DNA of 64,000 nt from Eledone cirrhosa (lineage: Eukaryota), in assembly GCA_964016885.1 (NCBI GenBank), contig OZ024740.1:101618001-101682000 (forward strand). Direction: 5' to 3'. Of this stretch, positions 27,905-39,500 are shown one piece after another. The position numbers were made by a program, and so were the translations under genes. Position 1 is the stretch's first letter. Each line of letters opens with the position of its first letter. The notes beneath the pieces are model-generated. The model did no database searches, was not told where the DNA came from, and was given only the letters and a program-made list of their open reading frames with translations.

Positions 27905-28002
27905 GAACTTTCTCGCATTCGTCTGTCTGTGGCGATTGTCAAAATGTATATATGTATATATATGTATGTATATGTATGTATATATATTGTCTATATGCTT
28001 TA

Positions 28003-28148
28003 CATTCAGCTTGTTCTTGTGGGAAGTCGAGTCTTATGCCAGAAGTCACGGTCGTGTGTCATTGCCCTCAAGAGGTGCAATTGGGTAAGGTCAGCTTTTA
28101 TCACTTCATCCCAGGTCTTCTTGGGTCTCCCCACTTCGCGGCTTCCAA
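28003..28148 (-). mobile_element. RTE-B short fragment (ORF end)
   Basis: Matches about 32522-32680. Confidence 0.8.
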
Positions 28149-28156
28149 TATATATG

Positions 28157-28203
<47 letters not shown>

Positions 28204-28296
28204 ATATATATGTATATATATATATGTATATATGTATATATCTATGTATATATATATGTATATATATATGTATATATATATATATATGTATATATG

Positions 28297-28363
<67 letters not shown>

Positions 28364-28444
28364 GTGTATATATATATGTATATATATATATATATGTGTA
28401 TATATATATGTATATATATATGTATATATATATATATATATAAG

Positions 28445-28477
<33 letters not shown>

Positions 28478-28494
28478 GTATATATATGTATATA
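28149..28494. repeat. (TA)n/(TATG) compound microsatellite
   Basis: Seen directly. Confidence 0.98.
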
Positions 28495-29074
28495 TCATCA
28501 TCATCATCATCATCAACGTTTAACGTCCGTGTTCCACGCTTGCATGGGTTTGGACGGGGGTATTCCCACTTGAGGCAAGAGTGATTGTCTTGCTCGCATA
28601 GGACTGTCTGGCAGGTTTTCTACAGTTGGATGCCCATCCTAACACCAACCACATTTACAGTGTGGGACTGGGAGGTTTTTACCGTGTTGCCTACACGGCC
28701 ACATTACAGCATGGACTGTGTGTTTTTTTGTCGTGACACCTACACGATCTCATTTGTTTCGGCCTGGATGTTGTGGCACCAACATAACTTTACATAGGAG
28801 GGGGTGGTGTGGATGGGGGTGGTGGGACGGGGTTGTTAGAGATGCCTACTGGCTGTAGTAGGTTTTACTATGTATTTAGGTAAGGCGGGTCTTCTCTATT
28901 ACTGAGTACCGCCAAAGGTCTCGGTCCAGTGACATTGTCTTGGAGAGGTGTAAGTGTGTGAGGTCGGAGTTTATCAGCTCGTCCCAGGTTTTTCTGGGTC
29001 TGCCTACTCCGTGGCTACCGTCTATCTTTATTGCCCTGCACTTTTTTATACAGCTGTCGTCTTTCATGCGCGTT
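28495..29074 (-). mobile_element. RTE-A 3' fragment
   Basis: RMKDDSCIKKCRAIKIDG...EKTRLT followed by the 3' UTR; (CAT)n on the plus strand. Confidence 0.93.
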
Positions 29075-29530
29075 ACATATCCATGTTTGTATTGTAAACG
29101 ACTAAGTTGGCTAGATTGAAAAATACTAATTATAATAATACAGTTTGCCTGTCTCCATTTAAAATAATAAATCAATAAAAACAAAGCATATTGGCAAATG
29201 GCCGTGGTGCTTGAACAAATTTAAATTTGAAAATCAAACCTGTTCTGTAGACAGGTTTAAACCCTAAAATCCAAATAAGTTTCGAAAAATGATGCGGTAT
29301 TCTTTCACTTTTTCATTTTTCGAAACTTATTTGGATTTGAGGGTTTAAACCTGTCTACGGAACAGGTTTGATTTTGAAATTTAAATTTCTCCAAGCACCA
29401 CGGCCATTTGCCAATATGCTTTGTTTTTATTGATTTATTATTTTAAATCGAGACATGCAAACTGTATTATTATAATTAGTATTTTTCAATCTAGCTAACT
29501 TAGTCGTTTACAATACAAACATGGATATGT
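29075..29530. repeat. Fold-back with 218-bp arms and a 20-nt spacer
   Basis: 29075-29292 is the reverse complement of 29313-29530 with scattered mismatches. Confidence 0.93.
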
Positions 29531-29744
29531 TGGTATTTGTGTTTATCAAATATATTAACTTGTATGTATATATATATGTATATGTATATATGTATATATA
29601 TATATATGTATATGTATATATATGTGTACATATGTATATATATATATATGTATATATATATATGTATATGCATATATATGTGTATATATGTATACGTATA
29701 TATATATATATGTACATATATATATGTATATATATATGTATATA

Positions 29745-29836
<92 letters not shown>

Positions 29837-29973
29837 TACACGGGTGTGTATGATTGTGTATAGAAGATTATATTAATAAGATGAATTCCAACTTTGTCTG
29901 ATTTACTCGCTTTAAAATTATAATGATATTATAATGAAATAGTATGGTAGAATATTAAATGTTAAATGTTAAT

Positions 29974-30012
29974 TGAACAAGTACTTTCATGCTTTTGCAA
30001 TCTTCAGGTTCA
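29974..30012 (-). ncRNA. Minimal type I hammerhead ribozyme (PLE-2, inverted arm)
   Basis: tgaac CTGAAGA ttgcaaaagcat GAAA gtac TT gttca, with palindromic stem III AGTACT. Confidence 0.8.
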
Positions 30013-30048
30013 TATTCAGTGGTGACAGTCAAGTTTGCAATTTTCAAC

Positions 30049-30916
30049 CATTACCACGGATATATACTATAAACACACAAACACCCATCAATATCTGAAT
30101 TCTAAGTCATGCCATCCACCTTATACAAAACGCAACATCCCATACTGCCTAGCCAGAAGAATTTGTACCATTGTAGAAGATACGAATACCAGGAACAAAC
30201 GCCTAACAGAATTGAGACAACTTTTGCTCAAACAAAAATACCCATCTCTACTTATAGAAAATGGCATACAGTGGGCTATAAAAATACCTATACAACAACT
30301 TATGACAACCCAAGGAAGAAGAAACCAAAAACTGGTCATACCATTTATAATGACAAACAACCCATGTCACCAGAATATCTTCAACACTGCCAAAGCAAAC
30401 CTACCGATCATTGCTCAAAGTAATGAATTAAAAGACCGATCTTTGACTCTTAGTAAAAGACAGCCAAAATATTTGAAGCAATTACTAGCAAAGGCAAAGT
30501 TTGACCTTAACAACAAAGACCAAACATTCACTGTATCTAAATGCAATGATAGTCGATGTGGCACATGTCAATCCATACACGCCGGTCAATATATGCACAC
30601 AAAAACTGGAAAAATATTCCCAAATGCAAATATGAACTGCAAAAGCAGAAATCTAGTTTACTGCATTAAATGCCCGAATTGTGAAGCACTATATGTCGGT
30701 CAAACTGGAAATGCACTATCAGATCGTGCACGGGTGCACCGACAAGAAATCAGAGACCCAAATGTCCGTCAGATACCCCTTAGTAACCATCTAGCAACAT
30801 GTGGTCAGAAAATATTTATAATATTTCCATTCTACATTTTACACAGCCGAAGTGAAATCAAGAGAAAAATTAAAGAAAAGAATTTTATTGATAAATTCCA
30901 ATCCAAGCTAAATTAA
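30049..30916 (+). pseudogene. PLE-2 5'-truncated ORF: RT C-terminus/thumb, Cys linker and GIY-YIG endonuclease
   Basis: TDIYYKHTNTHQYL, CHP..KRNIPY, CNDSRCGTC, NLVYCIKCPNCEALYVGQTG..DR..H, and KIKEK.FI.KFQSKLN. Open frame but no native start. Confidence 0.92.
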
Positions 30917-31193
30917 CAATAATAATGCTTAGGGGTATTACTCCTACTATGACTACGCCTACGACCTTGTCGACTACCACCACTAACAACAACAACAACT
31001 ACAAGAATAGTAATAAAAGTGATGTTGATGATGATGATTACTGAAGATTTTTTATAAAAACCCTAGAAAATGCTTTTTTCATCATTTCTAAAAATAGCAA
31101 CACAATTGATGCTTTGGATAGGGTCAAATAGAAGTCGTTAGACATGCTCAACCAACCGTGATGCTTAAATCAATCAGCTTCCGTAAACTACAC

Positions 31194-31290
31194 ACCGATT
31201 GGTCGAAATACAGTTTGCAAAACTTAGCATTCTGTAGCCCCTTTTTACTGTATATAAGGCACAGAATTTACCCATCTCATTACAGTTGAA
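31194..31290 (+). promoter_or_regulatory. Putative PLE-2 internal Pol II promoter (inverted CCAAT, TATA, Inr-like)
   Basis: ccgattggtc at about 31195, tatataa at 31251-31257, and tcattacagtt about 30 nt downstream, where the inverted arms end. Confidence 0.45.
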
Positions 31291-31320
31291 AATTGCAAAA
31301 TTGACTGTCACCACTGAATA

Positions 31321-31359
31321 TGAACCTGAAGATTGCGAAAGCATGAAAGTACTTTTTCA
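31321..31359 (+). ncRNA. Minimal type I hammerhead ribozyme (PLE-2, sense pLTR)
   Basis: tgaac CTGAAGA ttgcgaaagcat GAAA gtac TT tttca, with one stem I mismatch. Confidence 0.72.
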
Positions 31360-31505
31360 ATTAACACTTAACATTTAATATTCTACCATACTATTTCATT
31401 ATAATATCATTATAATTTTAAAGGATTGTAAATAAAACGAGTAAATCAGACAAAGTTGGAATTCATTTTATTAATATAATCTTCTATACACAATCATGCA
31501 CACCC

Positions 31506-32224
<719 letters not shown>

Positions 32225-35200
32225 ATCATCATCATCATCACCGTTTTACGTCCGTTCTTCCACGCTAGCATGGGTTAGACAGGTTGTCCTGTTGTGGGCA
32301 GTGTCTGGTCGGCTGACCATGCCTTGCTCATACAGGAACTGATCTGGCTTGATTTCTACAGCTGGATGCCCTTCCTAACACCAACCTCATTTACAGTGAG
32401 TGCTGGGTGCTTTTTCGTGGCGCCTACACGTCCACTTTACAGTGTGGGCTGGGTGCTTTTTTGCCGTGGCACCTCCATGGCCACCTTGCGGTGGAGGGGG
32501 GGGGGCATATTGTTTATATGCTTCAGCATGTACCCATGGGAGGTCGGGTACCCTGTATTACTGCGTGACGCCAGAAGTCACGGTCGTGTGTCATTGACTT
32601 TGAGAGGTGTAGTTGGGTAAGGTCGGCTTTTATCACCTCATCCCAAGTCATCTTGGGTCTCCCCACTCCGCGGTTTCCATCAACTTCTAGTGCTCTGCAC
32701 CTTTTTATGCAGCTGTCATCCTTCATACGCATCACATGTCCATACCAGCGTAACCGCCTCTCCTGCACGCAGCATTTGATTCCTCTTATGCTCAGTCTCT
32801 CTCTCAATTCCTTTATGCTTTGTCGTTCACGTATATTACTGTTACACATCCATCGGAGCATGCAGGCTTCGTTTCTCTCTAATCTACGTAAGTCTTCCAC
32901 CTTCAGCGCCCAGGTCTCACTACCATGCAACATCGCTGTTCGGATACACGCATCATACAGTCTGCCTTTCATTCTGAGGGAGAAGCCTTTTGCAGCTAGC
33001 AGTGGTAGTAGTTCCCTAAACTTCTTCCATCCCGTTCTTACCCTAGTTATTGTACTTTCTGAGCACCCACCTCCGTTGCTAATTCGGTCACCTAGGTAGC
33101 AGAAGCTGTCTACTGTTTCTACAGGGCCCTCCCAGAGATTGGTGGTACTTGTTTCCTGTGGCTGTTTGCTTGCTGTTTCAGCACAGCTGCTGCATGTGAA
33201 TCCTACATTCTTAATTAAGCTTCCTGAGATCCCGCTACATCTCTTGTGTACCCATTGTTTGCATTTGGGGCAGAGAATGGAGTTTCTACCTACACCTTTC
33301 CTACATACTGAGCAAGGCCATTTCCCTGAGGGGATCTGGGTTCTGTTTTCTCGTCTACTTACAAGGACCTTAGTCTTTGTCATGTTGACTTTGAGGCCCT
33401 TTCTCTCTAGTCCCTGCTTCCAGGTTTGGAATTTATTCTCTAGTTCTACCATAGATTCAGCTATGAGTGCGAGGTCATCAGCATACAGGAGTTCCCATGG
33501 GCATCCGGTCTTAAACTCCTCCGTTATTGCCTGCAGGACTATGATGAACAGGAGAGGGCTAAGAACAGAGCCCTGGTGGACCCCAACCTGTACGCTAAAT
33601 TCCTCGCTATACTCATTGCCAATCCTAACTTTGCTGACTGCTCCCCTATACATGGCTTGTACCGCTTTCACAAGCCATTCATCTACTCCTAGTTTTCTAA
33701 GAGCCCACCAGATTACTGCACGTGGAACTCTGTCAAAGGCTTTCTCAAGGTCGACAAATGCCAAGTAGAGTGGCTTACTTTTAGCTAGGTACTTTTCCTG
33801 TAATTGCCTCACAAGGAAGAGGGCATCAGTGGTGCCTTTCCCTGGTACAAACCCAAATTGCATCTCGTCTATATTCACCCGGTCCCTAATCAGCTGTGCT
33901 ATAACTCTTTCTGTTACTTTCATGACCTGGTCCATCAACTTTATACCTCTATAGTTTCCTCTATCTAGTGCATCGCCTTTACCTTTGTAGCAGTTGACAA
34001 TGATGCTACTGCACCAATCTTTTGGTATGGCCCCCTCTAGTATTACCTGGTCAACGATACGTGTGGTTATAGTGTGACCTACAGACCCAGATGCCTTCAG
34101 CATCTCGGCAGCTATACCCGATGGACCGGTTGCCTTCCCTATCTTCATATCTCTGATTGCCTTACTTACTACGCTGCCGCTGACTTGTACTGCTGGTCCC
34201 TCTATAGGGTCTACGTGGGGTAGGGTCTCTTCTTCCCATGCATTCTCCTCATTTAGTAATCTATCATAATGACTCTTCCATGCATCTTTCTTCTCAGCAC
34301 TTGTGAGGGCAAGCTCACCTTTATCATTCCGGATACACTTCTCTCCAATGACATCACAACTATCTCTGACACACTGCCTCGCAATCTTGAATACCTCCTG
34401 TTTCTGGTCCTCACGTTGTAAAACATGCTTGAATTTTCTATCCTCTGCTTCCCTCCTAGCTAAGTATACTTGTCGCCTAGCTTCCCTCTTGGTCTCTATG
34501 TAATGTACCCTGCTCCCCCCGTTCTTCCATTCTTTCCATGCCTGTCTCTTGGCCTTGACTGCTTCATCTACCTTATTGTTCCACCACCAAGTCACTCTCC
34601 TCCTGCTTGAGGTCTTACTCCAGCCACAAACCTCATCCGTCGCCTCTAGTAAGTTATTTTTTAGGAACTCCCAGTTCTCTTCTACGTTAAATGTCTCTAT
34701 CTGTTCTTCTTTACTGTCGTAGGCGTTGAGTAAAATATCTTTAAATCTGTTACTGGTTGAGGGGACTTTCAGCTTCCAGATCTTTCTTCTCCAGGTTGGC
34801 CTCTGTTTCAGGGCTCGTCTAGTTCTGACCGTGAGGTCGCTGACAACTAAGCTATGTTGGGATGTACATTCCTCACTAGGGAAGGCTTTTGTGTTTACGA
34901 CCGTCCATCTGTCACGTCCTCTGATGAGGATAAAATCTAACTGACTAGAGTGCTCCCCTGATCTATAGGTGATCAGGTGGTTGTCGGGTTTTTTAAAGTT
35001 TGTGTTACATATCGACATGTCATTGGCGTCGCAGAATTCTAGAAGTCTGAATCCTTCCTCATTCCTTGTGCCAACTCCATGGCCTCCATGTACTCTATTG
35101 AAGCCGTCGCAGTGTTTACCTACGTGTCCGTTAAAATCTCCTGCAATGATTAGGAAGTCCTTGTCGTCTGTTAGAGCAGTAGTGTGTATTAGGGACTCGT

Positions 35201-35752
35201 AAAACCTATCCTTAAGTTCGTCTGGCAGCCCCGATTGGGGTGCGTAAGCTGATATTATTGTGGTAATTGTCTTATTCAGGACTAGTCTAAGTTTAATGAT
35301 TCTTGCATTTACCCTGTACACTGAGATTACTTTATCTACCCACTTGTCAGCTAGTAGAGTACCTACACCACCCATCCCATCGTCATTTCCCACCCAGAAA
35401 AATTTGTAGCACTGGCTTTTTCCTACAAGGACTCTAGCAGACCCTCCTCTCCATCTAGTCTCTTGCACACAGCATACATCAACTTCCTTTCGCTCTAGCA
35501 TTTCTACGATTTCTCCTGCTCTTCCTTTCATTGAGCCTACATTGATGGTACCAACTCGGAGTTTTGGGCATTTGTCGACACTCGTAGGGGAGGGTCTCTG
35601 GGTTGGCGCTTCACGTGGGTGCTTGGTAGCTCGCAGATTCATATTTCATCTATTGATTCAGAGTTGCTCGTGTATTCCCAGCTCATCCATCCATAACGGT
35701 GGGAAAATTGAGGGCTAGAAGAACAGTGGTGGTGGGGTAATGGCAGGGTGTG
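32225..35752 (-). mobile_element. RTE-B LINE with an intact ORF, about 110-nt leader, about 300-nt 3' UTR and (GAT)n tail
   Basis: Single uninterrupted ORF, modular 3' UTR, terminal cccatgctagcgtgg hairpin, (TA)n on both sides. Confidence 0.97.
32523..35642 (-). CDS. RTE-clade polyprotein: AP endonuclease, reverse transcriptase with inserted PHD finger (1039 aa)
   Basis: Endonuclease GTINVG, CVQETRW, SAYAPQ, GDFNGHVG, LDFIL, SQH. RT NYRGIKL, QFGF, AFVDLEKAFDRV, GVHQGSVLSPLLF, LYADDL, FCYLG. RTE C-terminus RLRWYGHV, GRPK.TW. ATG start. Confidence 0.96.
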   Translation of the reverse strand: MNLRATKHPREAPTQRPSPTSVDKCPKLRVGTINVGSMKGRAGEIVEMLERKEVDVCCVQETRWRGGSARVLVGKSQCYKFFWVGNDDGMGGVGTLLADKWVDKVISVYRVNARIIKLRLVLNKTITTIISAYAPQSGLPDELKDRFYESLIHTTALTDDKDFLIIAGDFNGHVGKHCDGFNRVHGGHGVGTRNEEGFRLLEFCDANDMSICNTNFKKPDNHLITYRSGEHSSQLDFILIRGRDRWTVVNTKAFPSEECTSQHSLVVSDLTVRTRRALKQRPTWRRKIWKLKVPSTSNRFKDILLNAYDSKEEQIETFNVEENWEFLKNNLLEATDEVCGWSKTSSRRRVTWWWNNKVDEAVKAKRQAWKEWKNGGSRVHYIETKREARRQVYLARREAEDRKFKHVLQREDQKQEVFKIARQCVRDSCDVIGEKCIRNDKGELALTSAEKKDAWKSHYDRLLNEENAWEEETLPHVDPIEGPAVQVSGSVVSKAIRDMKIGKATGPSGIAAEMLKASGSVGHTITTRIVDQVILEGAIPKDWCSSIIVNCYKGKGDALDRGNYRGIKLMDQVMKVTERVIAQLIRDRVNIDEMQFGFVPGKGTTDALFLVRQLQEKYLAKSKPLYLAFVDLEKAFDRVPRAVIWWALRKLGVDEWLVKAVQAMYRGAVSKVRIGNEYSEEFSVQVGVHQGSVLSPLLFIIVLQAITEEFKTGCPWELLYADDLALIAESMVELENKFQTWKQGLERKGLKVNMTKTKVLVSRRENRTQIPSGKWPCSVCRKGVGRNSILCPKCKQWVHKRCSGISGSLIKNVGFTCSSCAETASKQPQETSTTNLWEGPVETVDSFCYLGDRISNGGGCSESTITRVRTGWKKFRELLPLLAAKGFSLRMKGRLYDACIRTAMLHGSETWALKVEDLRRLERNEACMLRWMCNSNIRERQSIKELRERLSIRGIKCCVQERRLRWYGHVMRMKDDSCIKRCRALEVDGNRGVGRPKMTWDEVIKADLTQLHLSKSMTHDRDFWRHAVIQGTRPPMGTC

Positions 35753-36064
35753 TATATATATATATATACAGGGTGTGTATATATATATATATATATATAT
35801 AGCGGCGATGAATTAGTTTTGCGAGGTTTTTTATATGAAATCGTGTGTCGAAACAGATATTGTTATATTTGGGGAGGGTCATATTTGCGTAATATTGCCA
35901 GAATTAATAACAGAACACACTCACTGTTTGGTTGGTTTTCGCTTCTCGCTGTCTTTTATATATATATATCTGCGATCTAACTTACTCGGTCCTCAATGTT
36001 GCCATTGACTGACCGGCGGTCAAAAATAATACAGATACAATATAGACAAACACATATATATATA

Positions 36065-36112
36065 GTTTACATAAATCTTTCGTTGCACATCTGCAACATC
36101 GTCAGTGGTGTT
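36065..36112 (-). ncRNA. Hammerhead-like motif (PLE-3, left arm)
   Basis: Reverse complement of the 36241-36288 motif. Confidence 0.5.
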
Positions 36113-36240
36113 ATATTCATTGTTCCTCCTGTTGTGTTGTATGTCTACGCCATTTTTTTTTTTTTTTTTTTTTTTGTTCAGTCTGAACAAAAAAAAAAAA
36201 TGGCGTAGACATACAACACAACAGGAGGAACAATGAATAT

Positions 36241-36288
36241 AACACCACTGACGATGTTGCAGATGTGCAACGAAAGATTTATGTAAAC
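36241..36288 (+). ncRNA. Hammerhead-like motif (PLE-3, right arm)
   Basis: cacca CTGACGA t gttgca-gatg-tgcaac GAAA gatt TA tg. Complete core and a 6-bp stem II, but stem I is only about 2 bp. Confidence 0.5.
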
Positions 36289-36506
36289 TATATATATATG
36301 TGTTTGTCTATATTGTATCTGTATTATTTTTGACCGCCGGTCAGTCAATGGCAACATTGAGGACCGAGTAAGTTAGATCGCAGATATATATATATAAAAG
36401 ACAGCGAGAAGCGAAAACCAACCAAACAGTGAGTGTGTTCTGTTATTAATTCTGGCAATATTACGCAAATATGACCCTCCCCAAATATAACAATATATAT
36501 ATATAT

Positions 36507-39500
36507 AGATAAAGACAAATTCACCCCTTGGACGAGAATGCGAGCACTCCTCATTGTTTCGACCGCGGACGGCTAACATAACCCCATCGCCCCCCGCCCC
36601 TCACCGCCCCCAACCCCCAAACGCAATCCAAAACTTCAGAGTTGGTACCATAAATGTAGGCACCCTAAAGGGTCGCGCTAACGAGGTTGTAGAAATGCTT
36701 GAACGTAAGGAGGTCGATGTTTGTTGTATTCAAGAGACCAGGTGGAGGGGTGGGTCTGCTAGGTTCATTGAGGGTAAAAAACGTTGTTATAAGCTTTTCT
36801 GGGTGGGAAACGACGATGGGCTGGGTGGAGTAGGAATCATGGTAGCAGAAAAGTGGGCAGATAAGATAATAGACGTAAATAGAGTGAACGACAGAATAAT
36901 TAAAATACGACTTGTCCTCAATAGAACTACGGTGACAGTAATATCTGCGTACGCACCCCAATCCGGACTGCCCGGCACTATAAAAGACAGATTCTATGAG
37001 ACACTGATGCTAACTACCTCCCAAATATCCGACAGTGACTATATAATTATCGCAGGCGACCTAAATGGTCACGTTGGACAACATTGTGACGGCTACGACG
37101 AAATCCATGGAGGCTATGGGTTTGGTACTAGAAATGAGGAAGGCTCCAGAATCCTGGAATTCTGTGATGCAAATAACCTAACTATCTGTAACACTAACTT
37201 CAAAAAACGTGACAATCACCTGATCACCTATAGATCCGGGGAACACACAAGCCAGGTAGATTATATCCTTACCAGAAGACGTGACAGAGTGTCTGTTGTT
37301 AACACTAAATCCCTCCCCCATGAAGAATGCACCTCCCAACATAGACTGATAATTAGCGACCTCATAGTCAGGACGAGACGTACTCGACAACAGAAGAGGA
37401 CTATCCTCAGGAGGAAAATATGGAAGTTAAAGGACCCCACAGCCAGGAATAAATTTCAAAGCATATTACTTGATGCTTTCGACAGTAAGGAAGAACATTT
37501 AGAGTCGGACAATATAGAGGGAGAGTGGGAATTTCTGAAAGCAAACCTGCTGTTGGCGACAGACGAGGTCTGTGGCTGGAGCAGGCCTGTAGGCAGGAGG
37601 AGAGTAACATGGTGGTGGAACAGTAAGGTGGAGGGGTCAATTAAGGCCAAAAAGCAGGCTTGGAAAGTATGGCGGGATGGGGGAAGTAGAGAGGACTATC
37701 AAGTGGCCAGGAGGGAAGCTAGGAGACAAGTGTACTTAGCAAGAAGGGAAGCTGAGGAAAGAAAGTTCAAGCATGTTCTACAACGCGATGACCAAAAACG
37801 TGAGGTGTTCAGGATTGCTAGGCAATGCGTCAAGGAAAACCGTGATATTGTCGGGGAGAAGTGTGTACTAAACGACGATGGCACACTTGCCATCACCGAC
37901 GCTGATAAGAAGGTAGCTTGGAAGTGTCACTATGAAAGGCTTCTAAATGAGGAGAATAATTGGGAGAAAGGCAGTCTCCCCCATATCGACCCAATAGAGG
38001 GACCAGCAGTGTTAGTCGAGGGGAGTATAATAAGTAAGGCAATCAAGGATATGAAGACTGGTAAGGCGGCTGGGCCTTCGGAAATAGTTGCTGAGATGCT
38101 GAAGGCATCTGGCACGGTGGGACACACCATGGTCACCCGCATAGTTAACCAAGTCGTACAAAACGGGGTTGTTCCGAAGGACTGGCATAGCAGCATCATC
38201 GTTAACTGTTATAAGGGTAAAGGAGACGCCCTAGATAGGAGTAACTATAGAGGCATTAAATTAATCGACCAGGTCATGAAGGTCACGGAAAGAGTAATAG
38301 CGCAACTAATCAGAGAGAGAATTGACCTAGATGAAATGCAGTTCGGGTTTGTGTCAGGCAAAAGTACCACAGACGCTCTTTTCATAGTACGACAACTACA
38401 AGAGAAGTACCTAGCTAAAGGTAAACCCCTCTACTTAGCTTTTGTCGACTTGGAGAAAGCCTTCGACAGAGTCCCCCGCTCCATTATCTGGTGGGCTCTT
38501 AGAAAACTAGGCGTTGACGAATGGCTTGTGAGGGCTATACAAGCCATGTATAAAGAAACAGTCAGCAAGGTTAGAATTAACAACGAATATAGTGAAGAGT
38601 TTAGCGTAAAAGTCGGCGTCCATCAGGGCTCTGTTCTCAGTCCACTACTATTTATTATTGCCCTTCAGGCCATAACAGAGGAGTTCAAGACAGGCTGCCC
38701 ATGGGAACTCCTATACGCAGACGACCTGACACTCATAGCGGAATCAATGGCCGAGCTAGAGAAGAAATTCCAAACATGGAAGCACGGCCTAGAGTCAAAA
38801 GGACTTAAAATTAACCTGGCTAAGACCAAAGTACTAGTTTGTAGGAAAGAAAACAAGGCGGCGGTCCCTTCTGGGAAATGGTCGTGCTCGGTGTGTAGGA
38901 AAGGCGTAGGTAGAAACTCCATTTTATGTCCTAAATGCAAAGTATGGGTGCATAAAAGATGTAGTGGGATCACAGGTAGGCTAACTAAGAACATAGATTT
39001 TACATGTGGCCGGTGCTCTGGTGCAATAAGTAGCAGCAAGTGCCCACAAACTACTAGCTCTTTCAATTGCGCAGAGGGTTCTATAGAAATAGTGGACAGC
39101 TTCCGTTACCTGGGCGATAAAATCAGCAGTGGGGGAGGGTGCTCTGAAAGTACTGTAGCTAGAGTCAGAACTGGTTGGAAAAAGTTCAGAGAGCTTATAC
39201 CACTATTAGCTGCTAAAGGGTTCTCACTAAAAATGAAAGGCAGGTTGTACGATGCCTGCATACGAACAGCAATGCTGCATGGCAGTGAGACCTGGGCATT
39301 GTGTGCAGAGGATATACGCAGACTAGAGAGGAACGAAGCTTGCATGCTCCGCTGGATGTGTAACAGTAATATACGTGAACGGCAAAGCATAAACGAACTA
39401 AGGAATAAATTAGAGATAAGAGGGATCAGATGTTGTTTACTCGAGAGAAGGCTACGTTGGTATGGACACGTGATGCGCATGAAAGTCGATAGCTGTATAA

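Larger units (their letters stand above)
29831..31508 (+). mobile_element. PLE-2 Penelope-like element: inverted pLTR (29831-30048), truncated ORF, sense pLTR (31285-31508)
   Basis: Inverted repeats of about 220 bp, each with an HHR, flank a GIY-YIG ORF. (TA)n on both sides. Confidence 0.92.
35801..36496. mobile_element. PLE-3 pLTR fold-back (arms 35857-36181 and 36183-36496, plus one-sided tail 35801-35856)
   Basis: The arms look identical except for the T/A run length; 1-nt spacer at 36182. The same sequence follows a GIY-YIG remnant at 41310-41578. Confidence 0.9.

Noticed and set aside
35643-35752. HDV-like ribozyme at the RTE-B 5' end
   Set aside because: Such ribozymes are known in some RTE elements, but I could not assemble the nested double pseudoknot here by eye.
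32653-39480. Antisense ORFs overlapping RTE ORFs (e.g. MLCRSRILLLHI..., MVVLVSCGCLL...)
   Set aside because: They recur only because the LINE copies recur. They show no domain signature.
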